64,000 nucleotides of DNA from Longimicrobiales bacterium (GCA_036377735.1 DASUXU010000128.1:1851-65850), one strand, 5' to 3'. Positions 9,035 through 18,591 are shown, numbered from the stretch's first letter. The notes: a model not told the origin generated them from the sequence alone. Numbers and translations: made by a program.

Positions 9035-9994
9035 GCCGCTGTCGATCTGCTTCACTACATCCAGAATCGTCCGGATGGCGTTGGCGTAGAACCCCGGCAT
9101 GATGCCGGTGATCTCATCCGACGCCTTGTGATAGTCCGGATGGTCTTCCACACCGAAATAGAGGAACGGGATCCCCGCGCTGTGGAACGCGCCCTGGTCC
9201 GACTGTGACGTCCAGTCCTCGCCGCCGGTGCCCTGGATGTCGTGGCCGGTGAGAAGTTTGATGCTGCTGCGGCCGGCCGCGGCCTGAACATAGGGCAGCA
9301 GCGCGGGATAGCGCGCTGTGCCGGATGCATACAGCTCGTTGTTCGCGTTCCGCCCCACCATGTCGAGATTCACGTTGAGGATTATGGCGTCCTTCGGCGG
9401 CACCCCGGCCGCGACGAACCGCCGCGCTCCCACCAGGCCCCGCTCCTCTGCATCGAACAGTGCGATGATGACCGAGCTGGCGGGCGGGTGCGCTGTGAAC
9501 CAGCTCGCGATCTCGAGGATGCCCGCCGTGCCGGAAGCGTTGTCATCCGCGCCATTGAAGACATCGCCGTTGCGCACGCCGAGATGGTCGTAATGCGCTG
9601 ACACCACGATGTAGCGATCCGGCGTGCGCGTCCCGCGGATGACGCCGACGATGTTCGCGCCCGTCACGCTGTCGGCGCCCTGCCGGCCGGCCATGCGGAA
9701 CTCCTGGACGTAACCGCTCGCGTGGAGCGGCGCCACACCCCGCCGCTCGAGCTCACCGACCAGGAAGCTCCTCGCTTTCCGGCCACCTGCCGTACCGGTC
9801 GCCCGCCCCTCCATCGAGTCGTGTGCGAGAACGCTGATGGTCCGCATCAGCCGCGCGGAGTCCACGCCTGCGACACTTGCGGACACACCGCCGTTCGGTG
9901 TGGCTGTGCCGGCAGGCGCGCACGCCGCCGCTGTGTAGGTGACGCACGCGACCGCCGTCGCAAGAAAAACGTTTCTGGTTCTGTCCGGCATCAT
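9020..9994 (-). CDS. M28 family aminopeptidase, secreted or lipoprotein
   Basis: ORF 9020..10096(-). ATG 9994 (MMPDRTRNVFLATAVACVTYTAAAC) lies just downstream of the ggt stop. VVSAHYDHLG, GADDNASGTAGILE, FDAEERGLVGA and NLDMVGR are M28 motifs. Confidence 0.85.
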   Translation of the reverse strand: MMPDRTRNVFLATAVACVTYTAAACAPAGTATPNGGVSASVAGVDSARLMRTISVLAHDSMEGRATGTAGGRKARSFLVGELERRGVAPLHASGYVQEFRMAGRQGADSVTGANIVGVIRGTRTPDRYIVVSAHYDHLGVRNGDVFNGADDNASGTAGILEIASWFTAHPPASSVIIALFDAEERGLVGARRFVAAGVPPKDAIILNVNLDMVGRNANNELYASGTARYPALLPYVQAAAGRSSIKLLTGHDIQGTGGEDWTSQSDQGAFHSAGIPFLYFGVEDHPDYHKASDEITGIMPGFYANAIRTILDVVKQIDSGPPAR

Positions 9995-10010
9995 CGATTC
10001 ATTCCGTGTT

Positions 10011-11756
10011 TCAGTGTCCTGCTGCGCTGCCGTCGGCATCGCGCTTGTCCGGCGCACCCACGCGGGTGCCGTTCTCGATTCCGATCGCATGCACACTGCC
10101 CTGCCTGCCGGACATGCGCACGTTGTGGCCCATTGCCTTCAGTGCCGCGACCGTTTCTTCGCTCACGCCGTTGTCCTCGATCGTGAGCTGGTCCGGCAGC
10201 CACTGGTGGTGGAGACGCCCGGCGTTCACGGCCTCCTGGATCGGCATGTTGAAGTCCATGATCGAGAGCGCAACGCTCAGCACGGTATTGATGATCGTGC
10301 GGCCACCCGGACTGCCGATCACTGCGACGAGCTTGCCGTCCCGCGCGATGATGGTCGGCGTCATGCTGGACAGCATGCGCTGCTGCGGCCGCGCCAGGTT
10401 CGGCGTCGAGCCGATGAGTCCGTTCTCCGTCGTCAGACCCGGCGCAGCATTGAAGTCACCCATCTCGTTGTTCAGCAGGAAACCCGCTCCCGGCACGGTG
10501 ATCTTGGAGCCGTACCCCGCCTCGAGCGTCGTCGTCAGTGCCACTGCCATGCCGTTCTGGTCGACAACGGAGAAGTGCGTGGTGTAGTCGCTTTCTGCCC
10601 CGACGTTGATGTCTTCAACCCTGGAAACCGAAGCACGCTTCGGATCGATGGTCTTCCGCAGCTCCGCCGCGTACTCCTTGCTCGTCAGCCGCTTGATCGG
10701 CACTTCACTGAAGTCGGGATCGGCGAGGAATCTGGCGCGGTCGCGGTATCCCCGGCGCATCGCTTCGGTCACGTGATGGATGAACGCCGGACTGTTATGA
10801 CCCATCGACCTGAGATCGAATCCCTCGAGGATGTTCAGCATCTCGATGAGACCGACGCCGCCGCTGCTCGGTGGGTACATGCCGATCACGTCGTAGCCGC
10901 GGTACGTGCCGTGAATGGCAGGGCGCTCCTTCGCCTCGTACTTCGCGAGATCCTCCTCCGTGATCATGCCGCCCCCACGCCGCATCTCGTCCGCAAGCAG
11001 CTTCGCGGTCTCGCCCCTGTAGAAGCCGTCGCGCCCCTGCTCCATGATGCGCGTCAGTGTGCGTGCGAGATCGGGCTGCTTCCAGGTTTCGCCCGCTTCG
11101 TACGGCACGCCGTTCTTCGAGTATGCTGCGACCGTGGCCGGGTAACGCTGGAAGCTGCGCATGGAACCGCTGAGCGAGCGCGCCAGGCTCGGCGTTACGG
11201 TAATGCCGTCCGCCGCCAGCTTCACGGACGGCCTGACCAGCTCCGCCCATGGCAGCCTGCCATATTTCCTGTGCGCCGCTGCCAGCCCTGCCACGGAGCC
11301 CGGAACGCCGACGGCCAGGTGGCTGTTGTGATGGATTGCGGACGAATACTGGCCGGTCGAGTCGCGGAACATGTCCGGGTGCGCGGCGAGCGGCGCCTTC
11401 TCGCGGAAGTCGAACGTGGTCGCCCTGCCGTCAGGCATACGGATCACCATGAAGCCGCCGCCGCCGATGTTGCCCGCCCACGGGAACGTGACCTGGAGCG
11501 CGAACGCCGTGGCCACCGCGGCGTCCACCGCGTTTCCGCCCGCGCGCAGCACGTCTCGCCCCACTTCGCTCGCCACACCGGTCGCGGATACCACCATGCC
11601 GTGTTCGGCACGCACGGTTTCATGCGACGCCGGACTCGCAGGCTCCGCGGAAATAGTTCGGACCGGCGGCAGTCGCTGCACTTCCGGCTGCGTTGCGCAT
11701 GCCGCGAGCGCAAACGACAGGAACAGCGTGGTGGTGCGCAGCAGGGACCTTCTCAT
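10011..11756 (-). CDS. ggt: Gamma-glutamyltranspeptidase
   Basis: ORF 10011..11852(-). ATG 11756 gives the signal MRRSLLRTTTLFLSFALAAC. GNAVDAAVATAFAL, GNIGGGGFM, the catalytic region DYTTHFSVVD and GSPGGRTIINTV are all present. Confidence 0.9.
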   Translation of the reverse strand: MRRSLLRTTTLFLSFALAACATQPEVQRLPPVRTISAEPASPASHETVRAEHGMVVSATGVASEVGRDVLRAGGNAVDAAVATAFALQVTFPWAGNIGGGGFMVIRMPDGRATTFDFREKAPLAAHPDMFRDSTGQYSSAIHHNSHLAVGVPGSVAGLAAAHRKYGRLPWAELVRPSVKLAADGITVTPSLARSLSGSMRSFQRYPATVAAYSKNGVPYEAGETWKQPDLARTLTRIMEQGRDGFYRGETAKLLADEMRRGGGMITEEDLAKYEAKERPAIHGTYRGYDVIGMYPPSSGGVGLIEMLNILEGFDLRSMGHNSPAFIHHVTEAMRRGYRDRARFLADPDFSEVPIKRLTSKEYAAELRKTIDPKRASVSRVEDINVGAESDYTTHFSVVDQNGMAVALTTTLEAGYGSKITVPGAGFLLNNEMGDFNAAPGLTTENGLIGSTPNLARPQQRMLSSMTPTIIARDGKLVAVIGSPGGRTIINTVLSVALSIMDFNMPIQEAVNAGRLHHQWLPDQLTIEDNGVSEETVAALKAMGHNVRMSGRQGSVHAIGIENGTRVGAPDKRDADGSAAGH

Positions 11757-11800
11757 GATCGGATCTCCAGTGTAGTCGACGTCATCATCGCATTCGCTTC

Positions 11801-12724
11801 TCAGTTCGTGCCCTTCGCGGTCTCGGCGCTGTGGACCCACGCGGTCCACCACAGGTCGCGCAGCATGTCCGCGCCCGCTACGAGGCGGCCGACCGCGAAC
11901 GCCTTGTGCACTTCGGATTTATTGTCTGCCGTGAACGCCTGCTGCTTGTCGAGGTCGTAGAGCCGCGGCACCAGCGCGTGCGACGTCTGGATGTACTGCA
12001 TGACGCCCGCGCGCACGTCGCTGATTTCGCGAGGCTCGCGCCTGACCAGTGGCAGGACATCACTGTTCCGGATGTTGTTCTCGACGAACACGGACTCGAA
12101 CCGACTGTGGAAGCCGCGCTCCGTCGTGTAGTTGTTCGGATTCGGGTAGCCCGCGGCCCAGCGGTCATGATGCACGGTCGTATGGTGCGGGTTCGCCGCG
12201 TCCGCCACGTAGTGACCCAGCAGGCCGGCATCGTTCAGGATGCGCTCCTCGATGAGCTCGCGACGGTCCTTGTTGCGCTCCACGCGCCACAGGCCGAACT
12301 CGCGCTCCAGACGCTGGTACAGCTCGAGGATCCGGTACTGCACGAAGCCGGCGTCGCGTGCATCCTTCACACCGGATGCCTGAGCGCGCTTCAGGTATTC
12401 CCAGCGGTCCCGCGCCTCCAGCACATACGGCGACAGCACCTCGAGGTCCACATAGTGGTCGTTGCTGAACGCGCGGTTCATCTCCTGCGCGATCGAGTCC
12501 GGCAGACGCCAGCGGTCCGGCTCGGGATTCAGATACTCCAGCTGCTTCCTCGCCTCGCGGAAGAACTCCGGCATCGCCTTCGGCAGGTTCGTCGCCGCCG
12601 CGTAGCCCGTGAGCTCGTGGCCGCGGTAGCCCCAGCGCGGTACCCACGTCGCACCCGCCGTGACAACGGCTATCAGCGCGATCGCGGCGCCGGTCTTCAT
12701 GTATCGATTCATCTCGGTCTCCAT
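11801..12724 (-). CDS. S1/P1 nuclease / zinc-dependent phospholipase C superfamily-like secreted protein
   Basis: ORF 11801..12724(-). ATG 12712 has the better GGAG upstream, so the start is uncertain. The mature N-terminus WGYRGHELTGYAA and GHYVADAANPHH resemble the WGxxGH and HxxxDxxxPxH metal-ligand motifs. Confidence 0.55.
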   Translation of the reverse strand: METEMNRYMKTGAAIALIAVVTAGATWVPRWGYRGHELTGYAAATNLPKAMPEFFREARKQLEYLNPEPDRWRLPDSIAQEMNRAFSNDHYVDLEVLSPYVLEARDRWEYLKRAQASGVKDARDAGFVQYRILELYQRLEREFGLWRVERNKDRRELIEERILNDAGLLGHYVADAANPHHTTVHHDRWAAGYPNPNNYTTERGFHSRFESVFVENNIRNSDVLPLVRREPREISDVRAGVMQYIQTSHALVPRLYDLDKQQAFTADNKSEVHKAFAVGRLVAGADMLRDLWWTAWVHSAETAKGTN

Positions 12725-12743
12725 TCCATACTGAAATCAACGC

Positions 12744-12790
12744 GGCGGTTCGCCGCGGTTCGCTGCTGTCCGCAGCCCGCCGCAGCCCGC
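12744..12790. repeat. Two adjacent 10-bp tandem duplications in a GC-rich spacer
   Basis: GCGGTTCGC(C/T) occurs twice at 12744-12763. CGCAGCCCGC occurs twice at 12771-12790. The outer CGCGGCGG (12741-12748) and CCGCCGCG (about 12788-12795) are complementary. Confidence 0.6.
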
Positions 12791-12802
12791 CGCGGTCCTG
12801 AA

Positions 12803-13153
12803 TTATGCGGGATGCCCGCGGAAAATGAAGTATACCGCGCCGAGCATGCAGAGTCCGGCCCAGAGGAAGTCCATGCGGAGCGGCTGTTTCATGTAGTAGA
12901 CGGCGAAGGGTACGAAGACGCAGAGCGTGATGATCTCCTGGAGCATCTTCAGCTGACCGAGGGTCATGACGCTGTGTCCGATGCGGTTCGCCGGTACCTG
13001 CAGCATGTACTCGAACAACGCGATGCCCCAGCTCACCAGCACCGCAATCCACAGCTTTCTGTCGGAGAGGTTCCGCAGGTGGCCATACCACGCGAACGTC
13101 ATGAAGATGTTGCTGAGTGTCAGGAGCAGGACTGTGCGGAAAACCGGAGTCAC
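12803..13153 (-). CDS. Small DMT-superfamily membrane protein (DUF486-like)
   Basis: This is the C-terminal part of ORF 12803..13378(-). In-frame GTG 13153 gives (M)TPVFRTVLLLTLSNIFMTFAWYGHL, the usual N-terminus of this roughly 115-aa family. The upstream part of the ORF is Arg/Gly-rich shadow sequence. Confidence 0.65.
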   Translation of the reverse strand: MTPVFRTVLLLTLSNIFMTFAWYGHLRNLSDRKLWIAVLVSWGIALFEYMLQVPANRIGHSVMTLGQLKMLQEIITLCVFVPFAVYYMKQPLRMDFLWAGLCMLGAVYFIFRGHPA

Positions 13154-13164
13154 GGTGTAACCGT

Positions 13165-13710
13165 TCAGACGGTGTGGCCGGTGTCGAGGGTGCGCAGGCT
13201 GCTCACCGCCCACGCCGCCTCCGGATCCTCGACCGGCACGCGGTGCACGCCGCCCGGGAATCGCTGCTGCAGCAGCTGGTACTGCCGCCAGAGTCCCGCG
13301 TCCGGATGCTCCCACTCGTGCAGGTAGTACACGGCGGCGATCCTCGCCTGGAGCAGCTCCTTCGCGCAGCCGAAACACGGCCGCATCGTCGAATAGAGGA
13401 CCGCCCCTTCGACGGGTGTGCCGAAGCGCGACGCACTGATCAGCGCGTTCTGCTCGGCGTGCACGCAGATGCAGACGTCGTATCCCTGCGACGTTGAGTA
13501 GCGCGCGCGGTTGGAGCAGCGTTCGCAGCCGCCCTCGTCGCAGTTCGGCATTCCCTGCGGCGTGCCATTGTAACCGGTGGAGACAATGCGGTCGTTGAGT
13601 ACCAGAATCGCGCCTACGCGATTGCCAACGCAGTTGGCCCGCCGGCGGACTGCCATGGCGATCCCCATGTAGTAGTCCATCCGGTTCGGGCGAACATACG
13701 CGATCGTCAC
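13165..13710 (-). CDS. dCMP deaminase / ComEB-type cytidine-deoxycytidylate deaminase
   Basis: The zinc motifs VHAEQNA and PCFGCAKEL are present. The start overlaps the msrA stop by 4 nt. Confidence 0.85.
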   Translation of the reverse strand: MTIAYVRPNRMDYYMGIAMAVRRRANCVGNRVGAILVLNDRIVSTGYNGTPQGMPNCDEGGCERCSNRARYSTSQGYDVCICVHAEQNALISASRFGTPVEGAVLYSTMRPCFGCAKELLQARIAAVYYLHEWEHPDAGLWRQYQLLQQRFPGGVHRVPVEDPEAAWAVSSLRTLDTGHTV

Positions 13711-14252
13711 AGCGCGCTCCGCAGCTTGTCGCCGTGCATCTTCCGCAGCTTGCTCAGCTTCGGCGAGATCACGGCCTGGCAGTACGGCTGGCCTTCGTTG
13801 CGGGCGTAGTAGTCGCGATGGAATTTCTCGGCGGGGTAGAACGCGCGCAGCGGCTCGATGGTCGTAACGATCGGCGCCCCGAACACATCGTCACGCTCGA
13901 GATCCGCCATCACTTCCCGCGCGACTTTCTCCTGTTCGGGCGAGTGCGTGAAGATCGCCGAGCGGTACTGCGTCCCGACATCTGCACCCTGGCGGTTGAG
14001 CTGCGTCGGGTCGTGCACGGTGAAGAACACTTCGACCAGGTCGCGGTAGCTTACCGCGTCCGGGTCGTACGACACCTGCACGGCTTCCGCGTGACCCGTC
14101 CGGCCGCTGCACACCTGCTCGTAGCTGGGATTCGTCGTCTCGCCGCCGGTGTATCCGGAATCGACGTTGTGCACGCCGCGCAGCTCGTCGTAGGCGGCCT
14201 CCAGACACCAGAAGCAGCCGCCCGCGAATGTTGCGAGCTCCTGTTCAGCCAT
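13707..14252 (-). CDS. msrA: Peptide-methionine (S)-S-oxide reductase
   Basis: [36 protein letters not shown] and GTQYRSAIF are canonical MsrA motifs. Confidence 0.92.
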   Translation of the reverse strand: MAEQELATFAGGCFWCLEAAYDELRGVHNVDSGYTGGETTNPSYEQVCSGRTGHAEAVQVSYDPDAVSYRDLVEVFFTVHDPTQLNRQGADVGTQYRSAIFTHSPEQEKVAREVMADLERDDVFGAPIVTTIEPLRAFYPAEKFHRDYYARNEGQPYCQAVISPKLSKLRKMHGDKLRSAL

Positions 14253-14255
14253 CGA

Positions 14256-14654
14256 TCACTCCCCGTGTTTCCGTTCCGTCCGCGCGTCCGTCTGCCGATG
14301 CCGCAGTATGCTGCCGAACACGACAGCAGGCGCCATCAGGATCAGCGCGGCGAGCTGCGACCACGCTTCCACCTCGTCCGACGCGAGCATCGACAGGATT
14401 GCGACCACGGCGATGAGCAACGCAACCATCAGCGCGGGCCGTACCCGCGAGCGCGGGGACAGCAGGGCTGTAACGTATCCGCTGATCAGGGCGAAGACCA
14501 CGCCGTACCCTATGCTCGTGATCTGGAAGCTGCGGCTGACCTCGCTGTAGGGGTCGTACCCGGCGATGTGGAACAGTACAGCGGAGGCCGCCATGAAGAG
14601 GATGAAGCCCGCCAGGCCGGCCGTGACCTCCCGGAGGACCGGTCGTGGTGACAT
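14256..14654 (-). CDS. Hypothetical membrane protein (4 TM)
   Basis: ORF 14256..14654(-). It is hydrophobic throughout and ends 3 nt upstream of the msrA start. Confidence 0.55.
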   Translation of the reverse strand: MSPRPVLREVTAGLAGFILFMAASAVLFHIAGYDPYSEVSRSFQITSIGYGVVFALISGYVTALLSPRSRVRPALMVALLIAVVAILSMLASDEVEAWSQLAALILMAPAVVFGSILRHRQTDARTERKHGE

Positions 14655-14658
14655 CCCT

Positions 14659-15054
14659 TCAGCGCTTCGGCTTCTCGCACATCAGTGCGAGGACGTTGCT
14701 GTCGGGATCGCGAAAGAACGCCATCCACAGCTCGACTGCGCCCATGTCCGCAATCATGTGCGGCGGCCGCAGGAACGGTACGCCCCGCGACTCGAGCTGC
14801 GCATGGGCCGCCGCGATGTCCGGGACCTGGTAGTACAGGATCGATGCGCGGTGGTCGAACTCGGGCGACTCCGGCACGGACAGCATCAGACGGACGCCGC
14901 CAATGTCGAAGAAAGCCATGCCGGGGACGTCCAGGAGCAGGCGCAGATTCAGGACATCGCGGTAGAACGCGGTCGCACGCTGGAGATCTTTCACCGGCAC
15001 TGCGATCTGGCCGATGCGCTGGAGCGTGACTGGCTGTGTCTCCGTCATGATCAT
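14659..15054 (-). CDS. VOC (glyoxalase/bleomycin-resistance/dioxygenase) family protein
   Basis: ORF 14659..15171(-). ATG 15054 is preceded by GGAGGGG. IGQIAVPVKDLQRATAFYRDVLNL and WMAFFRDPDSNVLAL fit the VOC fold. Confidence 0.8.
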   Translation of the reverse strand: MIMTETQPVTLQRIGQIAVPVKDLQRATAFYRDVLNLRLLLDVPGMAFFDIGGVRLMLSVPESPEFDHRASILYYQVPDIAAAHAQLESRGVPFLRPPHMIADMGAVELWMAFFRDPDSNVLALMCEKPKR

Positions 15055-15164
15055 GATCCCCTCCGGAAGGCGCGGCGTGGGTGGGGTCTGCGGATGCCGC
15101 ACCTTAACCTTTCCCGCACCGGGCCGCCAGAACCCGGGGGCACTCACACTCCCGGCAGGGCCGG

Positions 15165-15199
15165 CGGGCACGGGGCGACCTCGGTCGTCCCCGTGCCCG
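15165..15199 (-). terminator. GC-rich hairpin downstream of the HhH lipoprotein gene
   Basis: CGGGCACGGGG (15165-15175) pairs with CCCCGTGCCCG (15189-15199) across a 13-nt loop. There is no U-tract. Confidence 0.4.
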
Positions 15200-15205
15200 G
15201 GGCTG

Positions 15206-15733
15206 CTACCGGATCGTCACGTACCGCTCGAGACGCGCGACCTCGGTCTCGTCCACGTACTTCCCGATCTCGCGGCGGAACTGCTCGATGTTCGTGTAGG
15301 GCCGATATTCCTTGAACTCGTGCAGCATGCGGTCCCCGATGCCCGGGATCAGCAGGATCTCTTCGTCCGTCGCCGTGTTCAGGTCAATCGGCTTCCAGAC
15401 GTGTGCGAACACCGTGTCCTTCTGAGTCTCACTCATGGAGCCCAGCGCCTTGTCGAGCGCGGTCATCGAGCTGTAGGGCCGCGCGCCAATCACGGCGTCG
15501 GCCATTTCCGGTGTCATGCCCGGCACAGCCGCGAGCTCCTCGCGCGACGCGGTTTCCGGGTCCAGCATTCCGCCCTGTGCCGTGGTGCCCGGCGCAGGCG
15601 GGGGCGGCGCCGGCGCGGCCTCTGTCGTGGTCTGGATCGTGGTGTCCGTGTCCGAACCTTCATCCGCGCTGCAGCCCGCAGCCGCAAGCGCGCCCGCCAC
15701 CAGGGCAACGCCCGCGATTGTCCGTCTGTTCAT
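15206..15733 (-). CDS. Helix-hairpin-helix (ComEA-like) lipoprotein
   Basis: The signal and lipobox are MNRRTIAGVALVAGALAAAGC. There are two HhH-like motifs (ELAAVPGMTPEMADAVI and LNTATDEEILLIPGIGDRM). Confidence 0.7.
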   Translation of the reverse strand: MNRRTIAGVALVAGALAAAGCSADEGSDTDTTIQTTTEAAPAPPPPAPGTTAQGGMLDPETASREELAAVPGMTPEMADAVIGARPYSSMTALDKALGSMSETQKDTVFAHVWKPIDLNTATDEEILLIPGIGDRMLHEFKEYRPYTNIEQFRREIGKYVDETEVARLERYVTIR

Positions 15734-15888
15734 TGGTTCCCTCCATGGAAATGAATGGCCTCAAATGCCGGGGCGGAACGACCGCTTGAACCGTGCCGCT
15801 GGACACTTGCGCGCCCTCCGTCGCATTCTAGAGATTCAGTTTCCTTCCGCAGTCGTTCCACATCACGAACCCGGAGCCGCACCCGTAT

Positions 15889-18360
15889 ATGACGTCCTCG
15901 CGATTGAAGCGCAGGAGCCAGCCGATGGCCCCACAGGCAGCCGTGCACCCGGCAGACGGCGGCCGGCCGTTCATGCTTGCCCTCATGCTGCTGTTCATCG
16001 GCAGCGGCTGCGCCGCGCTGGTCTATGAAGTCGTCTGGTTCCAACTCCTGACGCTGAATGTCGGGTCATCCGCGATCTCGCTCGGCATCGTGCTGGGCAC
16101 GTTCATGGCCGGCATGTGTCTGGGCAGCCTCCTGCTGCCTCGCTATATCGACCGCGCACAGCACCCGCTCCGCGTATATGCGATGCTGGAGCTGGGGATC
16201 GGCGTGCTCGGCCTGCTGGTCCTCTTCGCCGTTCCACTCGCGGGCGGGCTGTATACGAAGATCGGCGGGCCCGGCATCGGCGGGCTGCTGCTGCGCGGAC
16301 TGGTCTGCGCCATCTGCCTGCTGCCGCCCACACTGCTCATGGGCGCTACACTCCCCGCGATCGCGCGCTGGGTCGAGGCCACGCCGAAGGGCGTGTCGTG
16401 GCTCGGCTTCTTCTACGGCGGCAACATCGCCGGCGCCGTCTGCGGCTGCATCCTCGCCGGCTACTATCTGCTCCGCGTTCACGACATGTTCATTGCGACG
16501 GTGGTCGCGGTGTGCATCAACATGGCCGTGGCCGCGATCGGATTCGCACTCGCGAAGAATTCGGCATATGACGCCGAGCCGCTGCCGCCGCGCGATGCGA
16601 CGCGCGTGCGCGGCTGGTGGCCGGTCTACATCGCGATCGGCATCTCCGGCATGACCGCACTGGGCGCGGAGGTCGTCTGGACGCGGCTGCTGTCCCTGAT
16701 CCTCGGCGCGACGACATACACGTTCTCGTTGATCCTGGCCGCGGTGCTCGCCGGTCTCGGCATCGGCAGCAGCTTCGGCTCGATGTTCGCGCGCTCGGGC
16801 CGCAACGCGCGCGTCGCGTTCGGTATCTGCCAGCTCCTGTCGGTACTGTCGCTGGCGTGGGCCGCATACTCCCTGTCGCAGGCCCTGCCGTACTGGCCGG
16901 TGAATCCGGCGCTGTCGACGAGCCCTTGGATCACACTGCAGATCGACCTCGTGCGCTGTCTGTGGACCGTGCTGCCCGCCGCAATCCTGTGGGGTGCCAG
17001 CTTCCCGCTCGCACTCGCAGGCGTTGCGGCCGAAGGTGAGGACACGGGGCGACTGGTAGCACGCGTGTATGCAGCCAACACGATCGGCGCAATTTTCGGC
17101 GCGATGCTCACTGCCATGGTGTTCATTCCGCAGCTCGGCACGCAGAACACCGAACGTCTGCTGATCGCCTTCGCCGCCGTAAGTGCCGCACTGCTCCTCG
17201 TGCCTGTGTTCAGTGACGACGCCCGCCTGACGTTCCGCGGCCGCAGCGCAGCATGGGCCGCGGGCATCGTCGTGATCGGACTGTTCTTCGGCCGCGGCGT
17301 GGAAAAAGTGCCATCGCTGCTCGTGGCTTACGGCCGCTACATGGCGACGTGGATCGGCTATGCCGGCGACGTAATCTATGTCGGTGAAGGCATGAACTCG
17401 TCGATGGCGGTCACGCGTCTGCCGAACGGTGTGCTGAACTACCACAACGCCGGAAAGGTGCAGGCGTCCAGCGAGCCGCAGGACATGCGGCTGCAGCGCA
17501 TGCTCGGCCATTTCGCGACACTGCTGCCTGAGAACCCCGAGTCCGTGCTCGTCATCGCGTGCGGTGCGGGCGTGACGGCTGGCTCGGTGAGCGTCGACCC
17601 GCGCGTGAAGCGGGAGGTCATCGTGGAGATCGAGCCGCTCGTGCCGTACGTCGTCTCGAACTACTTCAGTGAGTACAACTTCGGCGTCGTGACGAACCCG
17701 AAGGTCTCCGTGCAGATCGATGACGCGCGCCACTGGCTGCTCACGACGGACGAGAAGTTCGACGCCATCACATCCGACCCGTTCGACCCCTGGGTGAAAG
17801 GCGCGGCGACGCTGTACACGCGCGAGTTCTTCCAGGTCATCAAGGATCATCTCAATCCGGGCGGCGTCGTCACCGTGTTCGTCCAGCTCTACCAGAGCGG
17901 CATGCCTGCGGTGAAGAGCGAGGTCGCATCGTTCTTCGAGGCGTTCCCCGATGCGCTGATCTTCGGCAACACGCACGAGGGTGGCGGCTACGACGTGGTA
18001 CTCGTCGGAATGAAGGATCCCCGCCCGATTGACATCGACCGCATCCAGCGCATCCTGGACGATCCCGCCAATGCCGCGATCGTGCAGTCGCTCACTCAGA
18101 TCGGCTTCAACAATGCGACAGACCTGCTCAGCCGCTACGCCGGCGTCGCACCCGCACTCAAGCCATGGCTGGCGGACGCGGAGGTCAACACCGACCGCAA
18201 CCTGCGGCTGCAGTACCTTGCGGGCTTCGGTCTGAATGCGTTCGAGCAGAAGCAGATCTACGACGAGATCCTGTCATACCGCACCCTGCCGCCGAATATC
18301 TTCGCCGGCACGCCCGAGTCACTGATGAATCTGCAGTACGCCATCCAGGTGGCGCAGTGA
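15889..18360 (+). CDS. Fused polytopic membrane domain plus spermidine synthase-like aminopropyltransferase
   Basis: This is an 823-aa ORF. Roughly the first 480 aa are multi-TM. The C-terminal part has the class I methyltransferase/SpeE-like signature VLVIACGAGVTAG, EIEPLV, DAITSDPFDPW and LNPGGVV. Confidence 0.8.
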   Translation: MTSSRLKRRSQPMAPQAAVHPADGGRPFMLALMLLFIGSGCAALVYEVVWFQLLTLNVGSSAISLGIVLGTFMAGMCLGSLLLPRYIDRAQHPLRVYAMLELGIGVLGLLVLFAVPLAGGLYTKIGGPGIGGLLLRGLVCAICLLPPTLLMGATLPAIARWVEATPKGVSWLGFFYGGNIAGAVCGCILAGYYLLRVHDMFIATVVAVCINMAVAAIGFALAKNSAYDAEPLPPRDATRVRGWWPVYIAIGISGMTALGAEVVWTRLLSLILGATTYTFSLILAAVLAGLGIGSSFGSMFARSGRNARVAFGICQLLSVLSLAWAAYSLSQALPYWPVNPALSTSPWITLQIDLVRCLWTVLPAAILWGASFPLALAGVAAEGEDTGRLVARVYAANTIGAIFGAMLTAMVFIPQLGTQNTERLLIAFAAVSAALLLVPVFSDDARLTFRGRSAAWAAGIVVIGLFFGRGVEKVPSLLVAYGRYMATWIGYAGDVIYVGEGMNSSMAVTRLPNGVLNYHNAGKVQASSEPQDMRLQRMLGHFATLLPENPESVLVIACGAGVTAGSVSVDPRVKREVIVEIEPLVPYVVSNYFSEYNFGVVTNPKVSVQIDDARHWLLTTDEKFDAITSDPFDPWVKGAATLYTREFFQVIKDHLNPGGVVTVFVQLYQSGMPAVKSEVASFFEAFPDALIFGNTHEGGGYDVVLVGMKDPRPIDIDRIQRILDDPANAAIVQSLTQIGFNNATDLLSRYAGVAPALKPWLADAEVNTDRNLRLQYLAGFGLNAFEQKQIYDEILSYRTLPPNIFAGTPESLMNLQYAIQVAQ

Positions 18361-18540
18361 ACAACGGATCATTATCTCGCACCGGGATCACCGAGCACTG
18401 TACTAATGAATGTGACTGATAGAGTCTGCACTCGAAATCAGTCAATGATGTTCATTCGCCAGTTTGAGTGTGTGGTGTTCTGAAAGTCCGGATTGTACTC
18501 GGTGTTCTCGGTGGGCTCGGTGCGAGAAATCCGTTGTTCA
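18358..18540. repeat. 183-bp MITE-like hairpin element with terminal inverted repeats
   Basis: TGAACAACGGATcattatCTCGCACCG (18358-18384) matches CGGTGCGAGaaATCCGTTGTTCA (18518-18540). Further inner complementarity exists (CACCGAG / CTCGGTG). The interior is AT-rich. The TGA of the upstream gene forms the first 3 nt. Confidence 0.7.
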
Positions 18541-18556
18541 TTAACCGGGAAATGCT

Positions 18557-18591
18557 AAAGGCCCCCGGCAGAGCGATTCTGCCGGGGGCCT
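18557..18591. terminator. Strong bidirectional stem-loop terminator
   Basis: A 15-bp stem AAGGCCCCCGGCAGA / TCTGCCGGGGGCCTT encloses a 5-nt loop. It lies between convergent genes ending at 18360 and 18615, and T-rich sequence follows on the plus strand. Confidence 0.8.

Noticed and set aside
9939-11960. 673-aa plus-strand ORF antisense to ggt
   Set aside because: It is a shadow ORF with Arg/His-rich sequence. The ggt frame on the minus strand is unambiguous.
16066-17976. 636-aa minus-strand ORF antisense to the spermidine-synthase fusion
   Set aside because: It is a shadow ORF with no motifs. The plus frame has coherent TM helices and SpeE-like motifs.
18482-18491. GAAAGTCCGG, resembling the conserved RNase P RNA CR-I sequence
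   Set aside because: It is only a 10-nt match inside a 183-bp AT-rich hairpin. None of the other RNase P conserved regions, nor the expected length of about 350-400 nt, is present.
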